Shown: piece after piece, positions 23,277-36,095 of the stretch
Position numbering within the stretch: position 1 is the stretch's first letter
Layout: each line of letters opens with the position of its first letter
Assembly (NCBI GenBank): GCA_025201805.1
Contig: MU619283.1
Span: 116,306 to 180,305, forward strand
Source: Parasitella parasitica NRRL 2501
Lineage: Eukaryota; Fungi; Mucoromycota
Length of the DNA stretch: 64,000 nucleotides
Reading direction: 5' to 3'
Translations under genes and position numbers: made by a program
Notes under the pieces: generated by a model
Told to the model about the DNA's origin: nothing
Databases searched by the model: none
Seen by the model: the letters and a program-made list of their open reading frames with translations, nothing else

Positions 23277-25848
23277 ATGTCAGAATTCGAGAAGAAGCGC
23301 CCAATTTTCAGTTTTGGAGATGATGAAGAAGACGAAGATGGCAAATTTATCAGCTCTGTTCAGCCACTCCCGAAGAACGCTGTCGAACGTTCTGCTTTTA
23401 TGGCATCAGACTTCGAACCAGATGCATTTCTCTCTAGCCATAGACACTTGGGTCTTGAGCGCATGAAAGCAGAGCTTAATACACATTTAAAGCAATTAAA
23501 AAAAGAACTAGTCGAGCTGATTAATCGAGATTATCAGGACTTTATCAATTTGTCAACTAATTTGAAAGGTGTGGATAAAGATATTGAGCAATTGAAATCG
23601 CCTTTAGCAGAGATGGAACACCAAGTCAAGGTATATCTAGCATACAAAATATCAAGATACCTATTAATCAATGCGATTTTTTCTTTGATAAGGATGTGCG
23701 TCAACATTTTCAGAATGTGATTAATTCATTGGAACTACAACTTCACAGTCGAGCACAACTTCGAGATAAAAAAGTTTGTAAAAGAAAACATGCTTGTACA
23801 ATCACAACGCACTCATCGCATTAAATTATAGTCTGTTCTCAAACTGTTGCTCAATATTCATGATTCCGTAAACAAAGTTGAAGATTTATTAGAGATCAAT
23901 TCAGATATTGCGAAACATTCATTCAAAAGTATCGAGCAGGATCACGTTGTAGTGGTAGATGACAAGTGAGTGGTTTATTTCAAAGATGCTGTACAATTCA
24001 ATGCTGATAACATGGGTCTTCAAGCTTGGGCAAAAAGATAGAACGTGTAGCCATTGAATATAATCAAATGCAACACTTGGTTCGTCGCGGCAAAAACTTG
24101 GCCTTTGTCACCGAGAACGAATGGAGAATCACTCGTATCAAGGACACTATGGAACTAAAACTGTCCAAAGCATTATCTGCAGCTTTGTCGCAAATCAGAC
24201 TTGGAGAAGTGACAAGAGCAACCAAACAGTCTTTGATAGAATGCCTTCGTACCTATGCATTGATTGATCAAACACAGATCGCAGAAAAGATTATTCGCGA
24301 GGAATTCGTCAAGCCATTTATAGCCAAATGCATTTCACGTAAAGCGATCGAAGGAGTGAGCAATCATAACGGATCACTTGGAACAACATCAGGACACCCA
24401 TTGGCAATGATGTACAATAAGATTTTGATTTTTACATCGAGTGATCTAAAACCTATTTTGGACATTACTCAAAAGACTTTGAAAGGATCACATTACGAGA
24501 TATTAGTCAATTCGCTGTGGTTGGAGATAATAGAAAGGCTTAATAAGGAGTGCAAAAGTATATTTGCTGCAGGACAAACAGATGTATTTCACAAGGTCTG
24601 GTTGAATATATAGACACTGGAAGGAAAAATATTTATCACCTTGCAAGTAGAATTATTCAGCTACCGTAGCATTCATCTCTGAATTGGAAGGAATGTGCTA
24701 TACAAAAAGATCGTTGCTGTACTTGCGAAATCACCCTACTTACGCAGAATTCATGAAAAAATGGCAGTTGCTCGTTTATTTTCAATTGCGCTTCCGTGAA
24801 ATAATCAAGGATGTTGAGCGAGTATTGAATGACCCGGTATCAAGTATTACAATGGATGAAGCCCAAGAAATAAGCTTGTATGGAGGAAGAGTCATTTTAA
24901 ATGCTATTAATCAATGCTGGTCAGATCAAGTATTTTTGTATGGGTTATCGCATAGATTTTGGAAGTTGACACTACAGTTAATTAAACGATATCAGGGATG
25001 GGCTACTGATGTGATACATGTAAAGTAAAGAAAAAGTTGCAAAAGCAAAGACACTCACTCTTTTTCTTCTTTTCAGGGCAATACCACAGACACCAAGATA
25101 CTCACAAATCTTGCTAATGATGTTGTAAATCTCATCAATATTATCAAAAATCAAGCATTAGAAACTATTTTACCTAAACTACCTTCTAATATCCAAGACG
25201 TACCATTACTCAAAGGTTAGTATCTCTATTTTTTTTTTGGAAGAGAGCTTTTATTTTTTAAAAATGATAATATTTAGACAGCATGGACAAAGCTTTGGAT
25301 CAGTTGAAACAATCAACCGAACCCGATATAACAGACGCTATCACAAATAGCATTAGCATTGATTGCCTAGAAGCACTAAGACCTATGACAGATGTGGCAA
25401 ATCAATTCCGGCACAATAAGGATAAACCCAAACCAGCTGAACCATCCAATTTTATACCCAACATTTTCAAACCGTTTCACACATTTGTTGAGCAGCACAG
25501 TTGCTCTGCTGAATTGCAAGAAAAGTGGGCAACTGTTGTCGCAAAAAATGTTGTTGCGGAATATAAAGCTATATTAGATGATATTTTATCAAACCTGTCC
25601 AAAAAAGAGACGAGCAAAACCGAGGGCAGCAAGGTATCAGATGAAGATAAGATTCGTCTTCAAATTTTACTGGATGTTGAAGAAATTGGAAAGGAGGTAA
25701 CACACGGATGATTCACATGTTGATTCGGCCTAATCCACTTTTTCCTTAGTTGGACATGCTACAGATCGTCGACAAGAATGACAGCGTGGATTATAACAAG
25801 CTAGAATCTCTTATAGCGTCCTTTTCGACTCGTGCTGATAAAAAATAA
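23277..25848 (+). CDS. COG2: Conserved oligomeric Golgi complex subunit 2 (multi-exon)
   Basis: FEPDAFLSS...LVELINRDYQDFINLSTNLKG (COG2 N-terminus); FMKKWQLLVYFQLRFREI; HRFWKLTLQLI; SDEDKIRLQILLDV. Stop at 25846-25848. Confidence 0.92.
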
Positions 25849-25884
25849 TAAAGTTTGATTAATTTTTTATTGTTTCTAGACTTT

Positions 25885-27792
25885 TTAGGTAACTTTTTGT
25901 AATACAGGGCTCTGTGTATCCTTCTTTGTAAACCAAAGGTACATTTCACCAATAGATTGAGAAGCTTCCAAATAATCGTCAATTAAGCGAGCAGGAAGTC
26001 TAATGAATTCAGTGACGACATTATTTTTAAGCTCTAGTTCCTTTTCAAATTCATCCTGATCAAAGGGCAAATCATCAAATTCCCAAGCATGGAGGACCTG
26101 AACAACCTTATTCTTTGATGGATCTCCTCCACTCAAATCAACGCCATGATCAATCATAAATCTAACAGTTTTCTCCCAGCCCTCAGCAGGCAAAAGATTG
26201 ATATCCAAACCCCATTCATTGACAGCATGATGCAAAATTGCCTTTGCCTCCTTCATTGTTTTTTCGCGCACATCCTTGAGCTCCATGTTATGAGCACCGG
26301 GGACAGTAACATCCCAGCGGCTAGGAGGACCGAACTCGAGCACTGCGTTTTCAACAAGTTGGTTCTCAAACAGCTTAGCAGCAGATCTAAGAGCAGGGAG
26401 TTCGAAACCTTCTACGTCGATCTTCAAAAAGTGAATAGGCTGACGGAACAAGAGAGATTCGGAAATGTCCGCAACAGCAGAAATATTGTCATTAATAGCT
26501 TCGATGCTCTTGGCGTAATCATCACCCAAATCCTCAGGTTCAAGGATGGATTTTTCGCTTTTGCGATCTGTGCTTATTTTGAGTTGCTTTTCCATGGCAG
26601 TGGATTGGGGGAAGAGGCGATCGTAGGCGGGCAGTGTATCAAGACGAATAGTTTGGGTGGTGATCATGGCGTTGGGGTTGTCGTAAGAAAGACCACCAAT
26701 GCCACCGTCGTTAATCTCAACCTTTTCCATGGCAAGTTTTTTAAATTGGTCCAGCACAGCAAACGGAAGGACGCGAAGACGCTGAGAAAGCTGATTCAGT
26801 CTACCAGCCATATTAATAACGCCTATTTTTAGAAATTGCTAAGAATAAGCCAGAGGCAAAAATAAGCCTATAATGGACTTACTTCGTAAATGCGTTTGTG
26901 GTTCGAACGCAATGGTATGAGCGCCACTTGCACCAGCAACAAGAGAAAAGAGACCGTGGTTAGAGCCTAAAGATCACATGTATGAATACAGCATGTCGAC
27001 TATGAATTAAAAAGCCAGCTTACCAGCATCGACCATCACTAGTGGCGTGGATCTCTCAGGGTCACGACGGTGAACACGGAGAATCCACTTCATAAGTGTA
27101 TAAATCCTAAATTCACGATGATAATGGTTGTTGACGTCAGGGTAGTTTGTATTCGAAACAACGAGGACATCAGGCTTTGTGTTAATCTGCAGTAATATGG
27201 GTTAATATCAAATGTGTACCACCTTCCCACTAATAAACACCTACAACACCAAATTGCCATAAATCTCCTGAGCCAGCGTATTTCAGACCTTCTGCTGTTA
27301 AGCGGTAAGTTGTTTTATCTGCAGTGGGTGCGATTGTATCGATATTTTGACTAGATTTGGCGTGGGTATCTGTGCAAGGGTGAGTCTCATTTTATCTGTA
27401 GGTAAAGCCCACACTTTTTGTCTACCTGGATAATGAGTGTTTGGTTCGTCAAGTGGCTGCGGATTCATGCCAACATGCTCCTGCAATTTGGCCTCAGCGA
27501 TGGGTTTAGGTAAGATTGCAGGTGGTGGTGGAGGAGGAGGAGGTGGTGGTGGGGGGAATCTCTCGGGATCAACATTTGGATTGAAAGGAGGACTTTCGAA
27601 AGTTTGCCCTATTTGATCCTCAGGCTGTAGTGTAATCGTTAGATACAGGAAAAAAAACCCCCCAAGGTAGCTTACATCAGTAATGGTGCAAAATCGTGGA
27701 TTTGTGCATGGATATTGTCTCCAAAAAAAGAATATGTTTAGTGCTATGAAAACGACAATTAGTACAATTGTCCAAGTCCTCCAGCTTCTCAT
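25885..27792 (-). CDS. FkbM-family (Methyltransf_21) SAM-dependent methyltransferase, type II membrane protein
   Basis: N-terminal TM anchor (MRSWRTWTIVLIVVFIALNIFFFW); poly-Pro stalk; MVDAGSNHGLFSL and IAFEPQ in spliced exons; IHFLKIDVEGFE FkbM motif. Confidence 0.85.
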
Positions 27793-27927
27793 GTTTGTTG
27801 AAAATAAATGAAAGAAACAAAGAAAGAAGGGAAGAGCTGGACATTCGAAATAACTACTATAAATACATAGCACACAATTGGGGGTTTAAAATTCCTCCTA
27901 TTAGAAAAGGGTGTTTCACAGCTTTAT

Positions 27928-29434
27928 TTAATACAAATCGACTATAGTCGTCCATCCTTGACGCTGGGTGTTTTTCCTAGCCCATCTAGTATATTTATAC
28001 AGTAAGTATTCAATTAGTTACTGTCAAAACTTGCTTACAGTTCGAGCAATTTTGAGTCTTGAACTGAGGCTGGTAACAGCGTCTCGATGACATTATAGAC
28101 ATGTGCAGGTTTTGTTTCTGTTAATTGACTGAGTCCAAGCGGCCTAACAAAGTCAAATACACAATCTGCATTGCGCTGGTGCCTTATTTCAACCTTGTTC
28201 CTCTTGTCATGCTCCTTTTTGAATATCAGTAGATTCAACTTGCTTTTGCAAAAGTAGTTTGATGCGTCTTTGTAGATGGTATTGTTGATGTTTTTTTTAA
28301 TCCAGCAGTAGTTTTCAACGTATTTAAAACCCCAGTCTCTCGCAATGCCAATTACTTTATGTTCCCACTCTTTCTCCAGCCAAATAAATAAGAATCCGGC
28401 CTCTATTATCTTGGGTATGTTCATTTTGGCCTGGTTTTTGTGTGTCCATCAATATTGAGCGTGCATTTCGAACATATAAAAACTCACGAAATCCTCTATA
28501 TCGACTTTCCCTCGCATAGATGTTTCTCCTGCCATCCGAAGTGGAGGGTCCATGTAAATCCCTTGAAATTGGCTCCCGTACTGTGCTAAATCTTGGGACA
28601 CCAAGTGATCGATTTCGTAATACCTGAATTCTGTGGGCGGTGTATTCAGCGAGAGTGGCTTGATAGAATGCGCCCAAGATACTTTAATTGGCCTTGATGG
28701 TATCTTGACATACGTTGGGAGAGACGGATCCACATCACATACTCTTTTTTTCACAGCAATGGGCTTCCTACCTAAATCTTTTGTTTGCAATCCTAGGATC
28801 TTCTGTTTACTCAAAACAATTTGTCGATCATTTTGTTGGAGACCCTTCTTCCTACTAGTTTTGCTTGAGCGTTTATTATACTTTTCATCGCCATCATCTA
28901 AATCGCCAAAGTCATCTGTCAAGTCGTAGTATTCACTAGGTATCACGGTTAAAAAGCGTCTAACAAATTGTCTCTTTTTCTTTTAGTTTTTTTACTCTTC
29001 TTCTATAGATTCATCTACGCTGTCGCTTCGATATTTTACTTGTACGAGATCCATTGCATTCATGTGCTCAGAATTTAAAGAAGCCCTTTTGATTGTAAAT
29101 GCAGATGTGCAGCGGAACACTTCTTCTAGTTGTGCTTGCGTTAGCTGGCTATCCCTTTGCTGTTCTCTCTGTTCTGTTTCTGCCTGTGAGCTGCCCGCAG
29201 CTTGTTTTAAACTAGATGATAGCTCTTGTTGGATACGGTCTAATTCTTCAAACTTCTTCATAATGGCATCTACTGATTCAGCGTCTTCCACGTAACCAAC
29301 ATAATAAGCATTACTAGCATATATTGAGTTTTTTTTTTCTGCATACTTGAACGTTCGCAATACCTAACTTTAGTACTGTTCACATTAGCATTGGCAGTAA
29401 TCTGTCTCCTCTTTCTCTTTGGACGTTCGTTCAT
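27928..29434 (-). CDS. MTA9: MT-A70 family protein of the MTA9 (AMT6/7) type, partner subunit of the MTA1 DNA N6-adenine methyltransferase complex
   Basis: Motifs match my recollection of ciliate MTA9: GFLFIWLEKE, FKYVENY, YFCKSKLNLLIFKK, EIRHQRNADCVFDF, VYNVIETLLP, LLELWA...RQGW. Motif-IV position reads YMDPPL. N-terminal YVGYVEDAESVDAIMKKFEEL. Confidence 0.75.
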
Positions 29435-30383
29435 ATAATTGTGAATAAAGCCAAGAAGAGCTGGTTAAATAAAAAGATTGATCAACTGTTCACACGCTTA
29501 TTCAACAATCTCATCATTTTATTTGATTTAGAAATACTAAATTGCCCCAATTTTACTACAGCAATAGATTCATTGACTGTGCATTGATGCAGGTAAATTA
29601 TGAGGACGAATACTATTTGATAGATATATCACGCATAAGGGAAATATAGTAGATGGTTTTATAATATTGGAACATTTATATCAACACTTTATCGCACATA
29701 TGCCGAGAATCTTTTATCAGCTCATAATGTTCAAGGTTGGCAATTTTGCTAAACTGAAATTTTTTGTCCACCGCTCTCAGGACAAAAGTCTTTGTCAACT
29801 GAGCATCCTATATTTGAAAGACATTGATTATATTTCAAACGAGTTACACACCAAAAGAAGCTTTTTAAAAAATAATTTTATGGCTGGCTTGATTATGGAG
29901 AATGGTAATTTTTAACTGAAAAGCTTGCCTTTACTTGTCAACAACCATACACCGAACATAGAGGGAATTCCATTGTTTATATTTAATATATCCATAAAGG
30001 TACGTGTTTGCATTCGAATAATACCAATCGTTCCTGACAATGCTTATAAATTATACACATATGTATCAACAGATAGATTTGGAAATGTATGTTAGAATGA
30101 CTGGATACATTTGGGCACGAATTATTTTTATTAAACTGCTGCAATACACAAAGTCAGTGGACAATGGAACGAAATGAAATATCAACAACGGTAATTTTAA
30201 AACACCTAGCTATGTAGTTGAAAAAAGTTTATTGCTAAATTCGACACACATTATATTTTTGGTTTAACTTGCGTATATTGTGATAAGCGTTTTTATTGTT
30301 ATAATTATAATAAGGATTTGAAATGTATGCGAAAATAATCAAGTATATCTAGTGAAGGGGGAAAAGAGAGCCATATCGAGATT

Positions 30384-31527
30384 TTACATGGAGCTTTCCT
30401 GAGCAACAGGATCAGCCTGAGCTTCAGGCATTGCGGCTTTTGCTTGGATTGCAGGTTGGGCTTTTTCTTGAGCTTGCTCTTGAGCTTGCTCTTGAACTTG
30501 TTCTGGAGTTTGTTCTGGAGCTTCTACTTGAGCTTCTACTTGAGCTTCTACTTGAGCTTCTACTTGAGCTTCTACTTGAGCTTCTACTTGAGCTTCTGCT
30601 TGAGCTTCTGCTTGAGTTTCTTCTCGAGCTTCTTCTCGACCTTGTTGGACTACAGGCATCTCGGCATCTTTTTGAGCAGCGGCATCTTTCTTTTCTTGTT
30701 CAGCAATCAGATAAGATTCAGCAGCATCTAATTTTTCCTTCTCGGCAGCAGCCAACTTCTCAGGAGTATAATCGGTAACCATTCTTTCCCATTCTACCTT
30801 TTCCTCAGCCAGGTTCTGAACGCCCTCAGCATCTGTATAAAACATAAAGTAAGCACTAAATGGTTTACTGACAACCATGCCTTTCTGAGTACAATGATCT
30901 GGAGGTGGCATAACTCCGTCGGTGCTTGCGAGGCGCACAAGATATTTAGCATGAGACAAGTAGCCATCAGTGGATGATTTGGAGACAACAGCAACATGAT
31001 CATCCAAATGAACACTATCACCACGCTCAGCTCTGCCTTCTTCTTTGGTAGTGGTAGCAACAGGTCTTCCTGTACCAAACCATGAACCATCCTTGTAGTT
31101 GTAAATAACAGGCATGGTGTCAATAGGATTAGCTCTGTATTTATATGATAAATTCAGTTCATCGTGTTGACAAAATAGACTCTAATCCAACTTACTCTTG
31201 GTGTTCTGGATTCAGTGGAGCGGCAGCAATTTGGCCAATTTCTTTACCAGCAATGTCATAAGGAGCTTTTTCGCCTTTAGTAGGATAGAGGAAGGCATGT
31301 GTTTGCACGCTATACCAATGCTGGAAACCCTTCTTTTCTGGATTGCATTGGTACACACGTCGACCTTTGCCATACCAAACATCGTATAGAGTCGCATTGG
31401 CTGGTGGTGCAATGCGCTCCTTAACATTTGAGCTGTCAGGTGCAACGTTCAAAAGCGCTGGCAAGTAGTCAGCAAATGATAATTGAAACGAGATGGAAAG
31501 AATAGCGGCTGTGATATAGAATTTCAT
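30384..31527 (-). CDS. Secreted DUF3455-like protein with repetitive Glu/Gln/Ala-rich C-terminal tail (2 exons)
   Basis: Signal peptide MKFYITAAILSISFQLSFA; YGKGRRVYQC; YLVRLASTDGVMPP...PFSAYFMFY typical of DUF3455. Confidence 0.7.
30466..30640 (-). repeat. 12-bp coding tandem repeat (CAAGTAGAAGCT)n encoding (QVEA)n and variants
   Basis: Repeated TTGAGCTTCTAC units on the + strand. Confidence 0.95.
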
Positions 31528-31984
31528 TTTTGTGTTGTAAAAGAGAAGCAAATTCAAACGATGTTTATATACATAGCATTCCCCCACCCCCTCTTTTTTT
31601 TTTTCACTCTTGTGATTAAATGAATAATGTAAATATTGTAGTATTAAAACATATTCCAAGCATTCTAATGCCATTTGTTTGTGTGTAAATACAGAGCTTT
31701 TTGAAAATGACCAATATGTTGGACATTTTGATTCTCAAATTACGCCTACAGGTTTCGTTGGATGAGAAAAAAAATATATCAATGTGTCTGCATGTCTTCT
31801 GTCATTGCTGGTATTCGCAAGTTCCTAATACTAAATACCGTTGATTCTCTTCAGAAGCTAATGAAATTTTATTAAATAATTTGATTCACTTGTATAGCAA
31901 GCCCTCTCAAACCCCAAAACAATAACATTTACACCCAGTTTTCTCCAGATCTACTACTTTTTGTATCGCAATATCGATAAACAA

Positions 31985-32660
31985 TGAAACCCACTCGCGC
32001 TATTGAAAAGGCCAAGCGTTCTTCTCGTAGCTACCGCAGAAAGCATAATTTCCTCGTATCAAAGAGAAGTGGGTGCTTACAACTATGCCGAGGCATCAAA
32101 CTTTTCAAACGCTGATCCATCTAATCTATTACATGTTGATATAACTAGTTCTGCGCTTGGCGATGGTCCAGAGACGTCTGTAAACTTTGTAACACCAAAG
32201 ATGGAAGTCGCGCTTTGCATTGCTTCACTTCAATCTGAGGGATTGCGAAAGGCGACTGTTAGAAATTACACACCCATAATGCTTAACTGGAAGGTGAGTA
32301 GCAACTCTAACAGCGGCTTTAAGTCAAAGGTCAGAGCCAGGTACGGTTGCTATGGCAATGGTTGCCATGACGACGGACGCAAAACAATGGTAACCTATTG
32401 TATTCCATGGATACAACAATGCCGTTCATGTGGAAGACTGGGCCACACTAGAAGAAAACACGCAGATTGAGTGGCATGATAAAAATGCGAATCAGCCTAC
32501 TTTTTCAAATCCTACTACCTTATACGTTACGTTCTTGTGGAATAGAAGTTCGCTCCCGTATGTCAACTCTTAAATTTCGAATGTGCTATGCTATAATTGA
32601 GCCGTTAAACCCACTTTCTGAAGTAGCCGTGGACTTGAATAAAAACAACGATGCTTAGAA
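31985..32660 (+). mobile_element. Decayed transposon-derived fragments (Crypton-like N-terminus followed by a zinc-knuckle fragment)
   Basis: LRKATVRNYTPIMLNWK followed by a GTGAGT donor; then CRSCGRLGHTRRKHAD with TGA where the last Cys is expected; no intact gene. Confidence 0.35.
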
Positions 32661-33788
32661 AAAAAAATCAAAAGAGAAGATCAAACCACATGATTCTGCT
32701 TTGTTTTACTTCTAAACTGATTTGGATTCAATAGCAACTCATTCATTTATAATTTAATAGAGAGATTGATAGTAAAAGAAACAAACTGCAGTAATTATAA
32801 TATCTACCAAAACAACCGTGAATGTTGTATTGTTTTTTATTACTTTATAGCTGATAATGCGGACTAGCTATCACTAATTATAATCGCTACTTCATGCTTC
32901 AACAGTGGGCTTATTTGCTCCTTTGGATTATAATTAGTCTTGGTACTAGAGTTAAGGGCATCTTGTTCTAAGCATGTTTCGCCGCATGTTAGAGGAAGGG
33001 CATTCTAAACAGATGCAGTATTTGGAGGTGGATTTAACATGTATTATGTGTAACACAACGTGATGGCTCAAGTTGCATCGTTACCCCATACTTCTTCATA
33101 GCACCTTCTTCTTTACAAAGATAAATAAATAAAGAATTATTAAAAGTTCATTCCATCCGCCAATTATATTTTAAGTTACAAAAAAGGAAAAAACCACGTA
33201 GATAACTCGTATACAGGTAATCTGTAAGCCTTATTTATTACTTAGGGCCAAGTTCTGCTAGCGCTTATGGCTTCTTGAAATCTGCGCTGATTTTTAACAT
33301 CTGCGATTAAATATTGTACAATACAACCATTAGCAAAACAATTAGAGGAGTGTTTGTCCCTTGTTCTGTTGTAATGGGCATATAAGGATGTACCATCATG
33401 AGTTTGGGTAATACAGTTAATGGAATTCACCCCAACCTAATTAAGTTTTCAGAATTGATGATCAAATGTCTGCAACACCATATTTCAATATCAAGCTACG
33501 AAAAGTTCGCACCTTCGTTTGTCAATCATCATTGTGATACTATAGCTTGTCTTCTACTGTATACAAGTGAGGATGGCGGATATTATGCATTGAGAATACC
33601 CCGATTTTTCAACGCAAATAGCAGCAGGATGATGTCTTTAAACAAAAACTTGTCAGAACAGGAAATCGAATGCTTATAATCAACAAAGCCGAGCCTGATG
33701 GTGGCGGCTGATAAACTTTTAAGAAACATGAAAATTATATAAATCTTTTCTTTTTTTTTTTTCATAAAGACCAAAATAAGAAGCGTAC

Positions 33789-35687
33789 ATGTCGAGCAAA
33801 GCTCATCCAAAGGCAATGACCATTGCTGGTAGTGACAGTGGAGGGTAATTTTTTTTTTTATTTTTTAATCAAAAATGAGAGTCAATTGCCATGTTGCTAA
33901 TTTGTCTTTTTCAGTGGCGCTGGTATCCAAGCCGATATCAAGACACTCACTTCTCTGCATGTCTATGCTACTTCTGTCATCACGTCTGTCACCTCACAAA
34001 ATACTCTGTGTGTCGATGGTATCCATGACATTCCTGCCCAATTCGTAGCCAAGCAAATCACTGCTGTGTTGAGCGACATTGGTTCAGACGCCATCAAGAT
34101 TGGCATGCTCTCCTCTGCTGAGATTATCAAGTCTGTTGCAGATACCTTGAAAAGGTTTCCCGAGCAATCCCGTCATGTCGTTTTAGACCCTGTGATGATC
34201 TCTACGAGTGGTTCTCGTCTTTTGGCTGCCGATGCTATTAAAGCACTTGTACAAGAATTACTGCCCATCACTTACGTTTTGACTCCCAACGTCCCCGAAG
34301 CAGAGATCCTACTGGATTTGGCTCCCGGGTCAATCAAGTCTGTTATGGACATGTGTGATGCAGCTCAAAGACTAGCAAATTTTGGGCCCAAGTTTATCTT
34401 GCTGAAGGGCGGGCATTTGCCTATTAAAGTTAATGGAAAGGAGCAGGTGGTCGATATTGTGTACAACACGTCGAATGGAAGCTGGCATGAGATCGCCAAT
34501 GATTATGTAGACACCAAGGATACTCATGGCACTGGTTGCACACTTTCAGCTGCTTTGGCTGGTGAACTCGCCAAAGGTGTCCCCGGTAAGATGAAAAATC
34601 TTGCAAAGACATCGATAATTTGACTAGATATTTTTTATCCTTTGCAGTTGAAAAAGCCTGTGAGAAAGCCATTCGTTATGTCAAAGTAGCTATCACCCAA
34701 ACATTAGGTGGGATTGGCGCTGGCCATGGTCCCATTAACCACTTCCATCCCTTGAATTGGTCTCCGTATGAAGGGTATAAAATGCTATTATGAACCTCAT
34801 GCCCAAGTTTCTTGGTTAAAAGCATTTTATATATTTAGAAGGCCTCTAGTAGAGGCTATTAAAGAAACCCTCCCAGAAGGTCTTTGGGACGATTTCATTG
34901 ATCATCCCTTTGTCCGTGGCATTGCTGATGGCACACTTCCAATTGAATCCTTCACCTATTATCTTAAACAGGACTATCTTTATTTGCAGCACTACGCCCG
35001 AGCTGCGTCTCTTGCAGCTTATAAATGTAAGTGTGCTTTCTATGCTGGAGTGGGTTTGATGAGTAACCCTTAGTGCTGTAGCTGGTACAATGGAAGACAT
35101 CGCAGCAAATGCTGCGATTGTCGTTCATATAGCAAAAGAATCGCAGCTCCATTTGGATTATTGCAGCAGATGGGGAATCACCAAAGCGGATGTGCTGAGC
35201 TCGCCTGAAAGCGTATTCAATTCTGCTTACACTCGATTTGTTTTGGATAAAGGTGCATCGGGGGACTTGTTGGATTTGAAGGCTGCTATGGCACCTTGTT
35301 TGATTGGCTATGGTGAGATTGGCCTCAAGCTATTCAATGATCCTGAAACAAAAAAAGGTATGCATGGTGAACAGTGACTAGTTTATGCAAATGTAGTTGA
35401 GCCTAGTAACATAGAGGGCAACCCTTATTGGGATTGGATCTGTCAATACGCAGCCGATGATTATCAACTGGCCGTTATTACAGGCATTGGTAAGAGAAAA
35501 TCAAAGAAAGAGATGAAATGCTGCCATTGCTAACACACCATACACTATAACAATAGCCGAATTAGAAAAACTGGGTAAACATGGCATCTCATCATCTATT
35601 TCTCGCTTCAAAGAAGTATGCAAAATTTTTGAGCAAGCTACTCGTTTAGAAGTAATGTTTTGGGAAATGGGAGAGAAACTCTGTTAG
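33789..35687 (+). CDS. THI20: Bifunctional HMP/HMP-P kinase - TenA (thiaminase II) fusion, multi-exon
   Basis: MTIAGSDSGG|GAGIQADIKT; KIGML; DPVMISTSG; LLKGGH; THGTGCTLS; GHGPINH; TenA part YLKQDYLYL, APCLIGY, NPYWDWI, EVMFWEM. Confidence 0.93.
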
Positions 35688-36095
35688 ACGGTAACATTTT
35701 TAGTATAAAAATATCTGTATTCATTTTAATTATTGAATCAAGAAATTCCTATCCGATATGATACGTAATTTGAAATACGCTATGCTTTCAAAATATGTGG
35801 TAATTTCTGCCAGTTTGTTCGATCCCGTATATACAGTCAGTTTCAAATGAAAAGCAGAAAAAAGGATTTAATTCTTTTCGGTTTTGACACGAGTCTAAAA
35901 TCAACGCCACCTTTGTTGGTAAGAGTAGTTACATTTGTTGTAACGGCACCTGCCAAAGGAACAAAATCCAGCTTCTTGTCAACAACGAGGCCTTGCATTG
36001 CTGGATATTCTTTGTTTCCATATTAAAAATTTAATTATTTACATCGATTACTTGGTAAAAGAAAAAAAAAACTACTATTGAGCATGAAAATGAGC

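Noticed and set aside
27298-27300. Apparent premature stop or read-through in the FkbM gene
   Set aside because: The TAA belongs to the GCTAAC branch site of an intron; splicing restores the frame.
30466-30640. CRISPR-like array
   Set aside because: Contiguous coding tandem repeat with no spacers, in a eukaryote.
33398-33679. 93-aa ORF upstream of THI20
   Set aside because: No recognisable motif; possibly a remnant, but unsupported.
32900-35700. TPP riboswitch in or upstream of THI20
   Set aside because: Looked for the CUGAGA and ACYUGAU...AUAAU.CCAGCG signatures in the leader and introns and found none.
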